64,000 nt of DNA from Ginglymostoma cirratum (lineage: Eukaryota), in assembly GCA_024137785.1 (NCBI GenBank), contig JAHRHZ010000035.1:20696677-20760676 (forward strand), read 5' to 3'. Position 1 is the stretch's first letter. Each line of letters begins with the position of its first letter. Below, in pieces: positions 60,977 to 64,000 of the stretch. A program made the translations under genes and the position numbers. The notes under the pieces were generated by a model, which searched no databases, was not told the DNA's origin, and saw only the letters and a list, made by a program, of their open reading frames with translations.

Positions 60977-63900
60977 CTGTGGAGAGAAAACAGAGAATTT
61001 ATGCATCTTATGGGGCCAATAAATCGAATATTAACTGCACGATACAATTACACTTCTGTCTCCCACCAACCCCCACTCCCCACCCTCATTTGCTCCATGA
61101 CAAAATGGGAGACCGGTCAAAAGAGAGAGTACTTATCAATTATTGAAAGAAGCAATGAGCAGTCAATCACTAGTAATAATAAACAGTATCAACCTTCATT
61201 AAATATGGAAAAACTGATCAAAATTCACACACGAACAGGCTGCAGGGGCTATCTCATGCAACCTCCCAGGGGATTGGTTGTTGGGATGCTGAGTGTTAAC
61301 ACCCCTCCTGGGACTCTCTTCAGCTTGGCCATATGGATGGTACTAAATAACACCAAACCACATGGGCTTATCTTGGGCCAGACTGCCACTGCTTACTACC
61401 ACAGCTTTGGCTGTTACTTAGAAACAGAGGCTGATGGGATTAGAAAACCAATGGCAGAGTATGACAAAAAGAAGACCACAAAAAGCAGCTTTACCTTTCT
61501 CCATACCATTTTTTTTTAAAAGCAATGAAAAATGGAAGGCATGCGAAATATTTAGGTTTTTGTATCATAAAAGTTTCTTATAAAAAAAGAAGTGGTTTTA
61601 TATTACATGCTACCATGCAACTACAACGCTACATTACTAAAAGCCTCATATGCATATCTTTTTTTCTTAAAAAAGTCTTGATATCAAACTTTGTCTGCCT
61701 ACAACTGAAACAATGCAATTAAGGAAAATGCTGGACAGCAGAATACCTGTGCAATCAGGAGGCAAAAAAGATAAGGGTATTTTGGATGGGGTGGGGCGGA
61801 GGGAACTGTTCAAATGAGGAATCTCATGCTACGTTTGTTAAAAACCCAAATGGAAAATCAGACTCAATTAGCAAATAAAAGATAGCTAATGTCTAGGCTT
61901 TCTCCGCATTTGTAAAAATATGCACAAGATGCTACATTAAAATCGTTACACAAAAATTAGGAATTTATAATCTTGGATTTCTTAAAATCCTTTTCTTCAT
62001 AGTCATCACCTTTTAAATCTGTAATATTATGTTAAATACACTTCCCACTATGTACAGAGACTTGGCAGCACCACAAAAATCAAGCAAAACAGTATTAAGT
62101 TAAAATATCTACAACTCGCTAACAGTTTCATAATATATTGCCTTTTATGCACTATTTTGTTGAAAAAAATCAGTATCTTCACATGGGGGAAGGAATATTT
62201 TTTAAAAACCCCTTTACTACAAGATGCTCCTTCTGTGTTTGCAACTTACAAACCATGTAGTTTATATTACACAAACAATTTTTATAAAATGTTTGTCATG
62301 TTAATTACACTTTTTATTAATATATTTTACATGTGGATGTGAAGTAGCTAATTAAATTTTCCTGCAGTCCCAGAAAACCAGTTCAAGCTGTGGCTGGATT
62401 GCCTAAAGCCAATTTGAACCATCCTAATAAATTAAACATTACTTTGTACACATAACAGTTCTCTTATCAGCACTCTTGAATGTTGAGCACTATACATTTC
62501 TAGCAGTAACTTGAGGTTAAACAACCCATGCACTTAGTCATGCAATCATAGCAAATCATGAAAAAATATTTTATACTCTCAAGTTTTCAGGTAGAAATAT
62601 TTTGAATGATATAGAGCGACGTTGCTGAAACCACTGTTGTAATCAAATGACAGCAAAGAATCCGGCTTGTGATCCATTACTCCATTAACCCATCAGCCAC
62701 GTGTTGCAACAGACCTGCCATCTACTAAGTCTGCTTGGTACTTCAAAATAAACTCTCAACTCTGAATAACCAATTGCCTCTGCTGTAAAAGTAACTTCTA
62801 TTCATGGCAGAGCCATTTTAGAGGCAGGGAAAAATAAACAGCTAATATAGTACGTCAGACTATTACCATATCAGCCTAAATTAGCCCTTCTTCCACATCC
62901 AGGAATTCTCACACTTTGCTGCAATAGATTATTGATGTTATTTGCCCATATCTTTCTGCAATTACAAACTTATTCCAGCGCAGTCCAAAACATAAGGTAA
63001 TTCATGCAACACACAAAAATTGCTTATTGTCTTGTAAGCTCAAATGCCTATGTTTATCAATTTGTTTTCAATACTTTTCTAATATGTCAGCCACTTTACA
63101 GAACATAGTTTACCAAGGACCAGGGAGCACTAAAATGTCTAAGCACCATTAAAAAGGATTTTAAAATACAGAAATGCTAGTCGTTCACAGAAATCACATT
63201 ATGGAGGAAACCTATATTCAAAGAGAAAAGTGTGTACATAATCCAATTTTACAGGTTTAAAAGGGTTAAGTTATATTATATGTAATAAATACCAGATGGC
63301 ACAGATGACCACGCAATATTTTGAATATTACAAACCACGCTGAGCTAGATCTTGTGTCTATGGACTATGAAAAGGACAGAAATTTATTTCATTCAATTTA
63401 ATATATTCAAATAGCTTTCCAGATAAAATCAGGATGGTCTTTTTGTGCACACTAAATTTAAAATGCAGATCCAGCCAGCTTATGTGAAGTAATATCAGCT
63501 AAATGTAGAAAAGCATCCTAGATGCATGTTTACATAACAAATTCAATAATTACAAAGAAAAAAATCAGGAAACAGTCAAGTCTGGTGAGGTTTGAACATT
63601 AAAGGCAAACAACTGAACAGAACAATTATCAAGCTACCTGTGCTACACATATGTAAAGTACTGTACATTGAAACCAATATCATTTTCATGCATCAAAAAG
63701 GATTACTATAAAAACAAGAAAAACAGTCATAACCAAGCTAATAGGTATTTCATTCAATACCTTTTTAAAGGATTCAAGACTACACACTTTTTTCCCCTGA
63801 AAATCCTATTGTTTCTTATTTCAACAACCATTATTTTGTGATCGTGTTTGAGGCTTGTTATTTCGAACAGGAAACTGTATATACCAAGCAGTCACATCTG

Positions 63901-64000
63901 TAAAGAGTAGGGCACGATCCGTGTCTCTCGTGGGATTCAAAGCAGCCATGTCACTGCTGGCTTTAGGACATGCACCACCTGTCTCCATTCCCCTAGGTTC

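Noticed and set aside
60914-61519. 201-aa plus-strand ORF
   Set aside because: No recognisable domain; it overlaps the real DENND1A exon on the opposite strand and is most likely a chance ORF.
1-64000. Prokaryotic-type systems (CRISPR arrays, operons, retrons)
   Set aside because: No regularly spaced repeats or gene-dense coding. The window is spliceosomal intron DNA and all RT fragments belong to eukaryotic retrotransposons.

Overview
Eukaryotic, AT-rich, repeat-dense vertebrate DNA, most likely from a shark. That assignment is inferred from an HE1-type V-SINE and HER1/CR1-type LINE tails. The whole window lies inside DENND1A (connecdenn-1) on the minus strand. Two small coding exons are recognisable: 60927-60976 (EVLQTLTKFCFPFYVD) and 32446-32565 (LTVSQVGQNFTFVLTDIDSKQRFGFCRLSSGAKTCFCIL). 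They are separated by a 28.4-kb intron and followed by more than 32 kb of the next intron. The rest is intronic: several CR1 LINE copies, a second CR1/jockey-group LINE with its partner tRNA-SINE, a Rex1/Babar 3' end, a truncated Gypsy element, a Harbinger transposon, Deu-type SINE relics, and many Penelope-like element (PLE) derivatives. The most notable hidden structure is a set of at least four sequence-distinct short PLE-derived elements, several of them fold-back (palindromic). Each carries a minimal hammerhead-ribozyme core (CUGANGA..GAAA) with covarying stems and, where intact, a palindromic stem III; several copies have 11-13 bp target-site duplications and nested insertions. Most ORFs in the supplied track are spurious or TE fragments. 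Repeat boundaries are approximate by-eye calls and family names come from recalled motifs, not database searches.
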